DNA of 40,635 nucleotides from Rhizaria sp. SCN 62-66. Taxonomy: Eukaryota. This document shows positions 1 through 11,127 of this stretch, one piece after another; within the stretch, counting starts at the first letter, position 1, and every line of letters starts with the position of its first letter. The stretch lies in contig MEDY01000287.1 of assembly GCA_001724265.1 (NCBI GenBank), positions 1 to 40,635 of the forward strand, written 5' to 3'. Both the position numbers and the translations under genes were made by a program. The notes under the pieces were generated by a model, which saw nothing but the letters and a program-made list of their open reading frames with translations, made no database searches and was not told where the DNA came from.

Positions 1-78
<78 letters not shown>
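1..78. repeat. (TG)39 microsatellite, truncated by the window start, probably inside an intron of the truA-like gene
   Basis: Perfect TG dinucleotide run at 1-78, followed by T-rich sequence ending in TTTAG at 133. Confidence 0.97.
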
Positions 79-82
<4 letters not shown>

Positions 83-133
83 ATATCTCACTCACGTTTA
101 TGTTTATTTGATTATTTTACTGTCTTGATTTAG
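1..133 (+). other. 3' part of a spliceosomal intron (acceptor AG at 132-133)
   Basis: T-rich tract ...tgtcttgatttag, immediately followed in the ORF frame by PNPIRTLDY, which resembles the TruA 'sPvRTl' motif and lies upstream of the ATG at 163. Confidence 0.7.
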
Positions 134-1275
134 CGCCGAACCCGATCCGGACGCTGGACTACATGTCTTTCCACTGGGAGCCCTCACTGGCGGAGCAGCT
201 CACTGGCGTTCCAACAGTCTTTCCCGACGATCCAGACTCGCGCGACGGGCTCTCACTGCACGTGCCCAGTCTGCAACACACCGCAACTGATCGCTACAAC
301 ACCGCGAGTCCCGCGAGTGTCACGAGTACTCTCGACAGCAACACGGCTGCTGCGAGTGCGAGTTGCGACGGGGACGCGTACGGTGCGCACGCAGTGTGGG
401 CTGTGACGAGCGCCCGCGAGCGCACTGCGCGCGAGGCCGCTGTGGCCGATTTCGCCGCTAACCAGGCCCGCGTGCGCGCGGTGGCGGACGCGCTGGACAA
501 GGGGCCTTTTGTGCTACGCGGTGCTTTCGACGACGACAAGCTGGAGCACGACGAGCTCGGCCTCGAAGACCAAGAAGAACGGAAAGAACCGGGCGAATCC
601 GGGCTAGAGCGTGTTTCGGCCGCTGATGCTGCGCCGAAAGCACCGACAAGTGCGTCACAGGTTAGCGGCGAGCGAACTGACCCCGAGGCGCATTATACGC
701 GCATCGAAGCCGCGCACGCCGCGGCCGCTGCGAACATTGATATGAGTCCAGTCACACTTCCGCCGCGCGTGCCAATTAGCCTCACTCTTAACCAGAACCG
801 CGACGACGCTGGCATCATCAGCGGCATTGTGCAACAAGCGAAGTGTGGCAAGAGCGGCAATAACAAAGGCAACGCTGCAAAGGCACCGGCACTGAAGCTG
901 CGCCATCCATCTTTCGTGTCGATGCTCGGCGACACGCGCGCGCTCACTTCGCCCCCCGCCCCGGCTCTCGCCCCGGCCCCCAGCGCGGCGGCCTCCGGCG
1001 CGGCGCTGCCGGTGCCGCTGGCGGGTCGCGGGCGCGTGCTCGTGATCACGGTCATGGCACGCGCGTTTCTGCACTCGCAGGTCCGAATTCTCGTCGGTTT
1101 CCTCGTCGCCGTGGCGCAACGCCGAATCGCAGCGGCGGATGTAGAGCGCATTCTTGCCGCCAAAGACAGGAGGGCGAATCCGGCTAAGACGGCGCCGCCG
1201 GAGGGACTGTTCTTGGCGCAGGTCTATTACCCGCCCGGGGAGAAGGAACACAGTGAGTGGCTGCGCTGGAAGTGA
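134..1275 (+). CDS. truA: tRNA pseudouridine synthase TruA/PUSL1-like, terminal exon (N-terminal part with the catalytic Asp lies upstream of the window)
   Basis: PNPIRTLDY at the exon start. C-terminal VITVMARAFLHSQVRILVG...ILAAKDR...TAPPEGLFLAQVYY matches the TruA FLxxQVRxxVG and APPxGLxL motifs. About 270 aa of low-complexity insert lies between them. Stop TGA 1273-1275. Confidence 0.88.
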
Positions 1276-1639
1276 GAAGTTAAGCCGCGTAGCAATAGGT
1301 ATCCCAGTGAAGTCATTCTATATATGGACGTATATGTACAATAACGTACTGTATTTTCGACCCTGAACTGTAACAAGTATTAAACCATAGTAAAGCTCTA
1401 CACGCGTGAGCAAAGATCGCACGTGCCAGCGTGCCGGCCCGCGACAGCACGAGACCGGCCGTGGTGGACATTGCAAGGGGCGCTAGGCGTCAGGGTTGCA
1501 TGTGCGCGGGGCGAGGACTGCGATGTTCCTGGTGCTAGTGGGGCGCGAAGGCTGACGAGGGGAGTTGATCCGCGTTGCTATCACGTCTTTTATCTTAACG
1601 AGCTGTACAAGCAGCCGCGACTCAACGAGCTGCAAATAT

Positions 1640-3130
1640 TCAAACAATCATGGACGTTATAATCTGGCGTCCTTTCGAGACTCGAGGATCATACACGAAT
1701 CGCAAACGAGCCAGACCCATTATTGCACCGAAACGGATAAATAACATCCAGCCCACGAGATGAAAAGTACGGCCTGAGAAAGGGTTATAAAGTGTCCCGT
1801 TAAACATTGACATAAAACTCGTCTCGAGATCGCAAACACGAGTGCGCGCATCGGTGTGCGAAACGGATGTTGTGACATTTTTGACTAGTAGGAGTGTCAC
1901 ACGCAGGTTGACGACTGGTGACGCCACGATCGCGCTCTCGTCTTTGCGCACGCCGCTATCGCACACGCCTCGCACCAACATCGAGGTTTTCAAGGATCTC
2001 TGCGATTACAGGCTGGCAAGCTGCGCGCTCAGCCGCAGTTTTGCACTTCAACATCTCCGCAAACACCTCAAGGACCATCGGCGAGGTTAGACGGTATTCC
2101 CGCCGCGACCAGACTGCCGGGACCGCGGAATTCTTAGAGCTGATCGAGCAAAACGTGACAAGGCGGTTTGTGTCCAAATGGATAGGTGCGCCATTGACAG
2201 TCATGATAATGTATCAATCCATATCAGGACCGCACCTGCGGACCAGTCGTTCCACCCCCTGTAATTGTTGCGCACCCACGTGAGAATACATGTCCACAAA
2301 AAGCTTGGTGTCAAAGTAATGTTCAAACCCATCTCCAGTGACCTTGACAGAATGTACGTTGTTACTCTGTAACTTCCACATCAGTGCCTGCACGTGGCCA
2401 TTTGCTTTCGAATAGTACTCAGTTCCTGCATCAGTAAAGTTATCATGCTCATCTTGCGTGTAGCAGTCTCCAGGCTCGCAACCAGCGTCACGAAGCATGA
2501 TTGGCAGGGCCTCCCGAACCTCCTTTTCACTCATCAATGAAGTGGAAATTACATGCAGTATTCTTACGGTTCAGATAAGCCTCAGCATATTTCTTCGGAT
2601 TAGGACTCGTAGCCATAACGTGAAACGAATGGCGCTCAGTGCGAAAAGCCGTGGTCTGGGTGGGGCCCTCATGGGGGGTCATAGAGATAGAGTGTGTTAA
2701 CATCGTAGAGATATGATTCGAACAAAGATGTCCGACGTCACCGAAACAAATATGGCACCACCATCGGGTAACAGCACGAGAGCTTTCTCCTTATCACTCC
2801 AGTGGCAGACCACGGTGACCTCCTTTTCTTTCGCGGCGAGTAACACCAGGTGGTTGAACGACACAGACTTCCCAATGCCAGCAGCCCCAACCAGGATCAT
2901 CGCACGGTCATTCATTTCCGGCATCTGATCAAACTCCGAAGGAAAAATTCCAGCCGCGCGGTTCCTATTGTCCTTGAACTCGGCCATGATGTGATCGTAC
3001 AGAGGGAGCTACAGCTTGCGGATAACAAGGGATTTCCATTCCGAACTGTGTATTATCGTGGTGTCGTGTCCACTCAGTGCCAGCAGCCGGAACATCTGGC
3101 GCATTGACCAGCGGCGCCGACTGTATCCTG
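1640..3130 (-). pseudogene. Decayed Crinkler/RHS(CR)-like P-loop NTPase + restriction-endonuclease-fold gene (boundaries approximate)
   Basis: Minus-strand fragments in the expected order across several frames: LVIRKL*LPLYDHI (TAG at 3009-3011), Walker A MILVGAAGIGKS (GAAGIGKS 2865-2888), Walker-B-like NTLYLYDP (~2676-2698), HVMATSPNPKKY (SPNPKKY 2587-2607), LMSEKEV, YRLTSPMVLE (~2070-2096), GTLYNPFSGRTFHLVG (~1752-1799). Frameshifts separate them, and GC is visibly lower than in the flanking genes. Confidence 0.5.
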
Positions 3131-3739
3131 ACTAGAGAATGATATCGATGACAATTATGAATTCACTTACAACTCTGACTCAACGCAAAAATGGAGAATA
3201 TCATTTCGAATATTTTTTCTTGTCTGGCAAGTCTCTTGGATTTGGTTGTGAGAAATACATTAATCACGCTTGCGCAAATTTAACGACCAAGATTACTCAG
3301 GCGTTCAACTTACCCGGCGGTTTCCCTGTATTTATGTTAAGCTTATCGTGTTATATCTCAAGCAAGCCTGACACTTTACCCTATTTATTCGAAATACAAC
3401 AAGTCTTAGTCTTACCATAACTGAGAGTATTTGATTCGTGAGAGCATTTGAAAACAGTTGATTGCCTATGTATTGTAAGTTGCGGCGTACGCATGTAGCA
3501 CGCGCGACGACTGAGATTATTGTGATACTAATACTTCAAACAGGATCATAAATAATACATATATTTTTTTGTTTGCGATTATTGTTATTGATGATACTGC
3601 CGACCACTTATTACTAATAAAATTACTACTGAACGAACAAAGGTCGTCTCGATGATACAAACGAGAGTACGACCCACTACGACGTGTGTTTCCACCACTA
3701 CTAACAGCTTTTGACTTTGACTGACCGCTGGACACGTGT

Positions 3740-6700
3740 TTAGTCGGAGTCGGAGTCCGAGTCGGAGCCCTTCTTGTCCTTGCCCTTGCCGAAAAGCTTA
3801 GCCTTCTCTTCCTTACGCGTCTTGGCCTCGAGTTCATCCCAGTCAAGCGCGTCCTCATCGTCCTCGTCTGCCTCCTCGGAGTCGGAGCCGGACTCTGAGC
3901 CCGACTCGTCGTCCGAGGTGAAGTCGTCGCTCTCGGAGCTCTCGCTGCCGCTTATCTCGTACTCGGACGCCGAGGCCGCGGACTCCGAGTCAGATCCAGA
4001 GCCACCGGACCCTGCATCCTCATCGTCGTCGTCGACGAGCGCGCTCCAGCCGCCGTCGTCGAAGAACCCGCGGACGTCCTTGAGAATTTCGGGCAAAACC
4101 TCAGCCCAGCGGATGTTGGCGGGGAACTCGTGGTAAAGCACGCCGACGCTCGATAGCCAGATCTTGATGGCCTCGAGATACTTGAGCGGCACCGAGGTGA
4201 GCATCTCGGGCGTGCGCGCGTAGTCCTTAAAGACGAGCACGATATCGAACTCACGCTGGTTGAAGTTGACGCGCTCCAGCGACGCCAGCTCGATCTCGGT
4301 CAGGCTCAGAACCAGCGGCTTCGGTCGGTTCTTAAGCGCGATGAGGAAGTTGGTCGTGGGGAAGAGATCGACGTTCTCCTTGCTGACGACACCCGTGAAC
4401 ATGAGCTTGCGGAACGGAGACTCAAACCGAAGGTCAATGCGCACATCGGCCTCCCACATCCGGTCGCATGCGGTCGCGAAGTCCATGAACCGCTGGTTCC
4501 AGTCCTTGCGGCGCTGCTCCTCCTCGCGCTCGGCACGCATCTCCTCCTCGTCGTCGTAGCGCGAGCTGGCCGTGCTCACGTCCTGCGCCGAGTCGACGAC
4601 CTTGTAGAAGAACTGCAAGAACGCAGACCGCTTGTTGTTGCTGGCGCCGATCTTGATGGCGTTCTTGAGCTCGATGTGCAGCACGACTTCCTCATCGCGG
4701 GCAGTTGCGCGCTGCACGAAGCAGCCCTTGATGTTCTCGTAGATGATGTCGACGTGCGCCGTCCCATCGCGGTCCTTGGTCATGTACCGGAAGCCGTTCT
4801 GGTGCGCTGTCAGCATGCCTGCGCTCTTGCGCGTGCCCGTGCCGGAGCCGATCGCTGGGTGGCACGCGACGTCGCGGAGGCGCACTGAGGCCTGCGCCAG
4901 CACGCGCAGAGGGGGCTGCTCAACGATCGCGCCCGCGCCCGACGCGGAGGCCTCGGCGTCCTTCTTGGCGGCGACGGCTTCCTTCCGCATCGTTTCAAGC
5001 ACTGTATGAACCTCAGCAAGCGCGGAGGGCGACTTAGTGCGGAACGAAACCTCCTTGAGGAACGCGTGCTCGGGTCGGGACCCGGGCGGCAGCGACTCGA
5101 TCGAGCCCTTGGCGTCGGGGGTCTGGAAGGTGATCCGCAGCACGTAGTGCGCACCGACCTGCGAGTGGCGCACGGCCTTGATCAGCGAGACGTGGAACGG
5201 GACGAGCTGCCCGTTGATCGGCACCAGAACGGCCTTGTTCGGCCGGTCCACCGTCAGCCGGTTCGGGCGCGCCGCAGTGGGAATCTTGGTCGCATCGGCG
5301 TACGCGCGCACGCGGGCGGCCGCGGTGGCGCGGGCCTCGGCGGCAGACTCGTTGCCGTCGTGGTCGGCATACCGCAACAGCGCCTCGGACGCGCGCTGCT
5401 TGGCGAGCTCGCGCTGCCGGGTCTTGCGGTCCTCCTCCTCGCGCTGGCGCTCCTTGGCCTCGTCTTGGGCACGTGCCGCGCGCGAGCGGCGATCGTCGGA
5501 GCGGGCCGTTCCAGCGCCTTCGCCCTCGGCCTCGTCCTCGGCGCCGGAGCCGGCGTCGGAGCCCGACTCGTCGTCGTCCTTGCCGGCCTCGGGCATAGTG
5601 ACCGTGAGAGCGGTGAAGTCGCGCGGTGCGGCGTCGGTCAGACATTCGGGGCCCGCGGGAGCGGCGCCGGTGCCGCGGGGGCGGACGACGTAGGTGTCGG
5701 CCAGGAACACGGAGAAATCCTTACGCTTGCCGTCGTCGTTGTTCGTCTTGCCGGGCTTGAGCCCCGACAGCGCGATGGAGAGGTTGAGCGCCATGCCCTC
5801 TGCGAGCGTGACGGTGCTGGCCGCGGACAGCGGGAGCTGGGCCTCGCGGAACTCGAGTCCAATGCCAGCGCCGCACGTCTTGGTGAGCTTCTCGACCCAC
5901 TCCGGCCGCGCCGCGCGAACCGTGGCCTCGACGGCGTCGTGCACGTCCTTGGCCTTGCCGCCGGCAACCATCGCAGCGGCGCCGGCGCGGGAAGCGGCGA
6001 GGAGCAGGTCCCACGCGGACTCGTGCTCCTCGGTAGGACGGACAAACACCGAGCGGGACGCAAAGCCGCAGTAGGAGCGGTACCGCGCACCGACGGAGAG
6101 TGAGAGCGTGTCCCAGGTCGCCTTGGCGTCGCTGGGCTCGACGAAAGGCTTGGCGTCGAACGCGGCGCCCGACTGCAGCAGAGGAGTCAGCGCGAGCTCG
6201 ACGTCCTCGGCGGCGATCCCGCGGTCCGCGGCACCCGGCACGGCCTCGGCGGCGTTGGACAGCGCCTGCTCGACGATCTGCGCCCACTTGGCGTGCGTCA
6301 GTGCCTTGCCCTCGGCGGCGGCGCGCGCGACACGCGGGTATCCGACCTTGTGCAGAGCCAGCGCAGACAGCGCCGAGGCGTGGCGCATCGACTCGAGCGC
6401 GGCCGCGTCCTTGATCTGCAGCGCGAGAGCTGTGCCGGCCATGACGTCGACCTGCGGCAGCCGCGAGTCTTCGAAGAGCGTCTTGCGGGCACGACCGGCG
6501 TACTGGCCCTCGGGCTTGTCCTTGGAGAGCACGCCGACGCGGGTGAGCCCGGCGGCCTTGATCAGCGCCAGAGTGGCCTCGGCGTCGGCCTCGGGCGCCC
6601 CCTTGGCCTTCTCGTGCAGCTTCAGCTTCATCGTGTTGCTGGGGTCCGCGGTGCCGGCTGAGGAGAAGAAAGCCATGCGCTTCGCAGTGCAGAAGACGTG

Positions 6701-6952
6701 GAGCGTGCGGTCGGACAGAGTGAAGAGCAGGATGATGTCCGAGACCAGGTAGCCGAACAGGTGGACCTGGAGCGAGCCCGAACGCGTGTACACAATGCCC
6801 TCGGGCGCCGTGCCTGTGACGAGTGCGAGGGACGTCGCGGCGCCCGTGCCGTCGTCGCCCGCGCCCCAGGGCTTGCCGCCCTTCTCCATGGAGGAGAAGA
6901 AGTGCGCCAGGCGAGACCAGAACGTCGCGCTTTCAAGAGAGGGCGATGCCAT
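3740..6952 (-). CDS. SPT16: FACT complex subunit SPT16 (1070 aa, intronless)
   Basis: Peptidase-like N-domain (LQVHLFGYLVSD, SVGARYRSYC, GAGIGLEFRE), VLVPINGQLVPFHVSLIK, AHQNGFRY, DIIYENIK, LERVNF..REFDIVLVFKDY, FFDDGGWS, acidic tail with DWDELE. Confidence 0.97.
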   Translation of the reverse strand: MASPSLESATFWSRLAHFFSSMEKGGKPWGAGDDGTGAATSLALVTGTAPEGIVYTRSGSLQVHLFGYLVSDIILLFTLSDRTLHVFCTAKRMAFFSSAGTADPSNTMKLKLHEKAKGAPEADAEATLALIKAAGLTRVGVLSKDKPEGQYAGRARKTLFEDSRLPQVDVMAGTALALQIKDAAALESMRHASALSALALHKVGYPRVARAAAEGKALTHAKWAQIVEQALSNAAEAVPGAADRGIAAEDVELALTPLLQSGAAFDAKPFVEPSDAKATWDTLSLSVGARYRSYCGFASRSVFVRPTEEHESAWDLLLAASRAGAAAMVAGGKAKDVHDAVEATVRAARPEWVEKLTKTCGAGIGLEFREAQLPLSAASTVTLAEGMALNLSIALSGLKPGKTNNDDGKRKDFSVFLADTYVVRPRGTGAAPAGPECLTDAAPRDFTALTVTMPEAGKDDDESGSDAGSGAEDEAEGEGAGTARSDDRRSRAARAQDEAKERQREEEDRKTRQRELAKQRASEALLRYADHDGNESAAEARATAAARVRAYADATKIPTAARPNRLTVDRPNKAVLVPINGQLVPFHVSLIKAVRHSQVGAHYVLRITFQTPDAKGSIESLPPGSRPEHAFLKEVSFRTKSPSALAEVHTVLETMRKEAVAAKKDAEASASGAGAIVEQPPLRVLAQASVRLRDVACHPAIGSGTGTRKSAGMLTAHQNGFRYMTKDRDGTAHVDIIYENIKGCFVQRATARDEEVVLHIELKNAIKIGASNNKRSAFLQFFYKVVDSAQDVSTASSRYDDEEEMRAEREEEQRRKDWNQRFMDFATACDRMWEADVRIDLRFESPFRKLMFTGVVSKENVDLFPTTNFLIALKNRPKPLVLSLTEIELASLERVNFNQREFDIVLVFKDYARTPEMLTSVPLKYLEAIKIWLSSVGVLYHEFPANIRWAEVLPEILKDVRGFFDDGGWSALVDDDDEDAGSGGSGSDSESAASASEYEISGSESSESDDFTSDDESGSESGSDSEEADEDDEDALDWDELEAKTRKEEKAKLFGKGKDKKGSDSDSDSD

Positions 6953-7831
6953 GGACTATGTACAGCAAGATCAAATCAGTTAAGATAAGATAGAAGTTCA
7001 GAAGTGAGCATGAGAGTGAGATCTTGACGGGAAACAGAGAGTCGCTGGAAAGGGCGGTATCCGAGGAGGAGGATGATAAAGAACAGTCTCATTAACGAGG
7101 ATAGACGCATGAGATGCGCCAAATTAAAACAAAAATAAACCCAAAAGGAAGAATTATCGCCAAAGATCGCTATAATAATGGCAGAGGGCGCCGATATGAT
7201 CCACACATAAGACCTTCTAGCGAATCAAAAGATGGCGCGAGAAGAGCTCGACCGCGCTGCCGCCGCTCGTCAGACCGACCACAAATCAGAAATCGCATTT
7301 TTTCGGTCCAGATTGGGTTGCTCAGCCGGTTCATTCGAAGTTGGTGTTTGTTGCTCTTCAAAACGGCGGAATTCTCACTCCTTGTGCCGTGAGCTGTTTA
7401 CTTGAACTGAAATCCAGGTGTCACTTTGAACTGGCTACTCTATTTGCTTTTCATTTTTGAGTCGCGAGCGGCCTTCATGTCAGTGCCCCTCTGCTTCGGC
7501 CGAGCTTCAAGCCAGGGCCCTCCCAAGCTGGACTCGACACGACGGACGCTGCACTGCGCTGCTCCTGATTTCTGTGGATTCACCGAGCCCACATAACGAC
7601 TTTGTGCGCGCATACAACGCAATGCCGCGCCTTATTTCCCTGGACTGGCGATGGCAGCGCCCTAACACCAAAGATTCACTCTCTAACTCTCCCGTTTCCC
7701 CTCTATAACTTGCCCCTGTTCAGCCATTTCCTCCCCAAGCAAGCCCCAAACTCTCCCCGAAAGTGACGCCGAGCGCTCCGTCTTCTCCTCTTCTCCGCGC
7801 AGTGCCGCGTCAGTGTCTCTAAGCAGCATCG

Positions 7832-10800
7832 ATGCAGCGCCCCATCAACCTCCGGGGCTGCGCCTTCCCCCCCGCTGCCACCGGGCCTCCAAATCCGTCT
7901 CCTGCACAGCAACAGCAACAGCAACAGCACCAGCAACAGCACCAACAGCAGCAGCAACAACAGCAGCAGATGATGTCGGCGCAGGACGTATTTGCGCGCG
8001 TGCAACAGAACTACAGCGGCATCCGCATTGACGCCGGGGACGACGACGACGGCGACGATGACTATTTCGCTCAGCAGTCTAACATCAACACCTTTGCCAA
8101 CGTCAACATCGACGACTCACATTATACAGCAGCCGCGTCATCAGTGTCATCCGCCGCGTCGTCAGTCTCCCCAGCCGCGTCCTCCGCGTCGGCCTCAGTG
8201 TCGTCGCGCGGCCACACTCGCGCCAGCGCCGACGTTAACGCCGCCGACGCCTCCCGCACGGATCCCGCGAGCAAAGCGATCGTGGGGGCCGTGAATTCAG
8301 CGAGAGAACCTGAGAGTGCGCGCGATGTTCCAGAGAGCGCGCGCAGTGCGACTGCGAATGGGAATGCAGTAAGTGCACCGCCGGAGAGCGCGCTCAGTGC
8401 GGCCGAGTGGGTTCGCCACTCCGCGCTCTTACTCCGCGCCTGCGCCGCGGTGCACGTGTCCGACCTCTACTCCAGCGCCCGCGCCGCCGTGGCCGCCGCG
8501 TCAGACGGGCCCGCCGCCGCCGTGCTGGCAGAGGCGGCGCGCAGCGGCGGCACGGCGCGGTTTCAGGCGCCCACGCTGGGGCCCGCCACGCTCGCCACGG
8601 CGCTGCGCGACCGCAGTGACCGTGAGCGCAGACGCAAGATGAGCAAGAGTAGTAACGAGAGCCAGAGTCAGGGTAAGAACGGACAGAGCGGTAATAGCAA
8701 TGGCACTGATGGCAAAGACACTGATGGCAAAGACGCTGACGCTGAGGCTGAGGCTGATGCTGATGCTGAAGAAGCCAAGGCAGAGGCAGAGACAAAGTCA
8801 GAGTCAGACAGCGTGCGCAGTGTGATAGACTATGACGCCCTCGCGATCTGCGCCGGCGCCAGCGACAACGCCGCCGCCGCCGCGACCGGCGCCGTCACTG
8901 CTCAGGCATCCCCGTTGACCTCGCTGGCATGGTTCGCACGGTCCCTCGACTGCGCCGCCATCGCCGCTGCGACCGTAGGCACCGCGAGCTCCCCCACGAG
9001 TACCCCCACGTGTTCCGTCACGAGTTCTGCCACAAGTACCCCCATGAGTACTGGCGGCGCGTACAGCGAGTGGGTCGCAGGCGCCTCGCCGGCCCCGCGC
9101 CGCTCCCCGTGGCTGGCCCAGTTCGCGGACGCCGGCGTCATCGCCCACGCGCTGCTCTGCGCCGACTACGCCGTTGCGGCTGTTGACAACCGCGCGGGCG
9201 AGCTTTGCAACTCCTATGCACCGGTTTTGACTGTGCCGCTGCGGCCGCGCGAGCTCGCTTTCACTATGCTCCCAAACGCGCACTCGCACGCACAGTGTTC
9301 ACAGATACAGTCTCCGGCGCAGTCTTCACAGTCGCTGTCCCAGTGCTCTCGGCCCGGTAATATTGCGGGACGCAACCATCTCAGTGTGCGCAAGGTTGTC
9401 GCAGCGCTCACGCCGACCGACCTGCTCACGGCTGCCGCCACAGTCGGCGCCGGCACTGGCGCTGGCACTGGCAGCTCTCGGAACGACTCTAGCCCGGCGG
9501 CTCGCAGCAGCAGCAGTTCTAGTTGCGATGCCGACGACTCTGAGGCCGCCGCCGCGGCTGCCGCCGCCGCCGCTGCTACGCTTGCTGCCGCGACCGCCGC
9601 TGCGACCGAAGATGCTGCCGAATGCGCCCGCCTGCGCCGACTCTTCCACAGCGCACGCCTCTCCCGCGCCCACGGTCGCTTCGTGCTTCCGTTCCTCGCC
9701 CTCGATCCCCCGCCTCCCCATAGTAACTCCAACGCAGCCGCCGCATCTCACCTGCCGCCGCGGCTGCTTGCACGGTCGGGCACCGTTTCCCGCACGGCCG
9801 AGGCGGCCTATAATAAATTCGCGACCGAGATCACCGGCGCCCCACGGAGGCTGCTCGCGGCGCTGGCCTCTGCCGCGGCCTCCGCGGCCGCAGGCGCCGC
9901 AGCGGCAGCCACGGGCAGTGCGATCGCTGCCGGGAGCTCGTATAGCAGCGCGAACAGTCCCCCCGCATCTACTATGGTGAATGCCACGACTGTGGGTAGC
10001 AACATCGCGACGACTGCTGCCGTTGTGCCTGGCTCTGGCTCCGGCTCCGGCTCTGCCTCTGTCGCTGGCTCTGTGTCAGGCTCGGCCGGCGCAAGCACCA
10101 CGGAGGCGGAGACGGCCGCCAGCGGTCAAACCCAGTCGTCAGCGCCGGCCTCTGCAGCGCTCACACCGGCTACGCTCACCCCCGCGCACTCGGCCTCTCT
10201 AGCATCCGCCTCCTCCGCCTCAGCACCAGCCTCGGCGGCGTCGGCGTCGCTGCCTCGGTCGAGCTCGAGCGCGAGCTTCAACGCAAGCTCAAGCGTCAAC
10301 TCGAGTAGCAGCTCTGGCTCTTTCAACGCTAACTCAAGCTCAAGCTCAAGCTCAAGCTCTGCCTCCGTCTCTAACTCTGGCTCCATTGGTACGATTGTTG
10401 TCGCAGACTCCAACTCCGCGGACTCATCGATGCCGTCCTCCGCCGGCGGCTCCTGGAGCGACGGCTCCGCCCTCCAGAGCGCCGACCTCGCTTTGCTGCT
10501 CCGGCTCGGCGTGACCACCGTGGCCGACCTGCTCGTCGAGGCTGAGGGCAAGAAATACCTCGGGCTCCGCGTGACGACGTCGGAGAAGGCCGAGCCGCGC
10601 TACCGCGACCACCCCGCGCTCGCCCTGCTGGCGCTGCCGTTCCCAGGGTGCGAGTTCTTTGCGCAGTACCGCCGCGCGCAGCATGTGGCGCGCGCGCTGG
10701 TGTTTTCCTGGTCGGACGGCGTGGCGGCCTATGACGCGCGGCCCGCGATCCGCTTGCTCGCGCCCCTCAGCATCAACAGCAACAGCAACAGCAACAACAG

Positions 10801-11093
10801 CAACAGCAGCGTTATGAATAACTACAATAACAGTAACAATCCTTGCGGCTCAGAGCCTGGCGCTACCACTGGCATTGTCGCGGCGCCTGTTGCGACCAAC
10901 ACAGGGAATGCGACGGCGAATACTGTGAATTTAAGTGCGAGTACGAGTGCACTGAATGCGAGTCCTCGTGAGTTGCGCGTGGTCGTCCGCGGCGGCGCCG
11001 TGGCCGGTCAGGGGTACTGGGAGGAGTCAACTGAGGCCGACCCCGCCACCGCTGCCATTCCAAACATCACCACGTCAACTACAACAACGACGA

Positions 11094-11127
<34 letters not shown>

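Noticed and set aside
163-165. ATG at 163 as the truA start
   Set aside because: TruA similarity extends upstream to the acceptor at 133, and the catalytic N-terminal half is missing, so this is an internal Met.
3139-3420. AT-rich 93-aa ORF and other short spacer ORFs (29018-29266, 30818-31285, 31519-31857, 38487-38693)
   Set aside because: No recognisable motifs, and codon usage is unlike that of the real genes.
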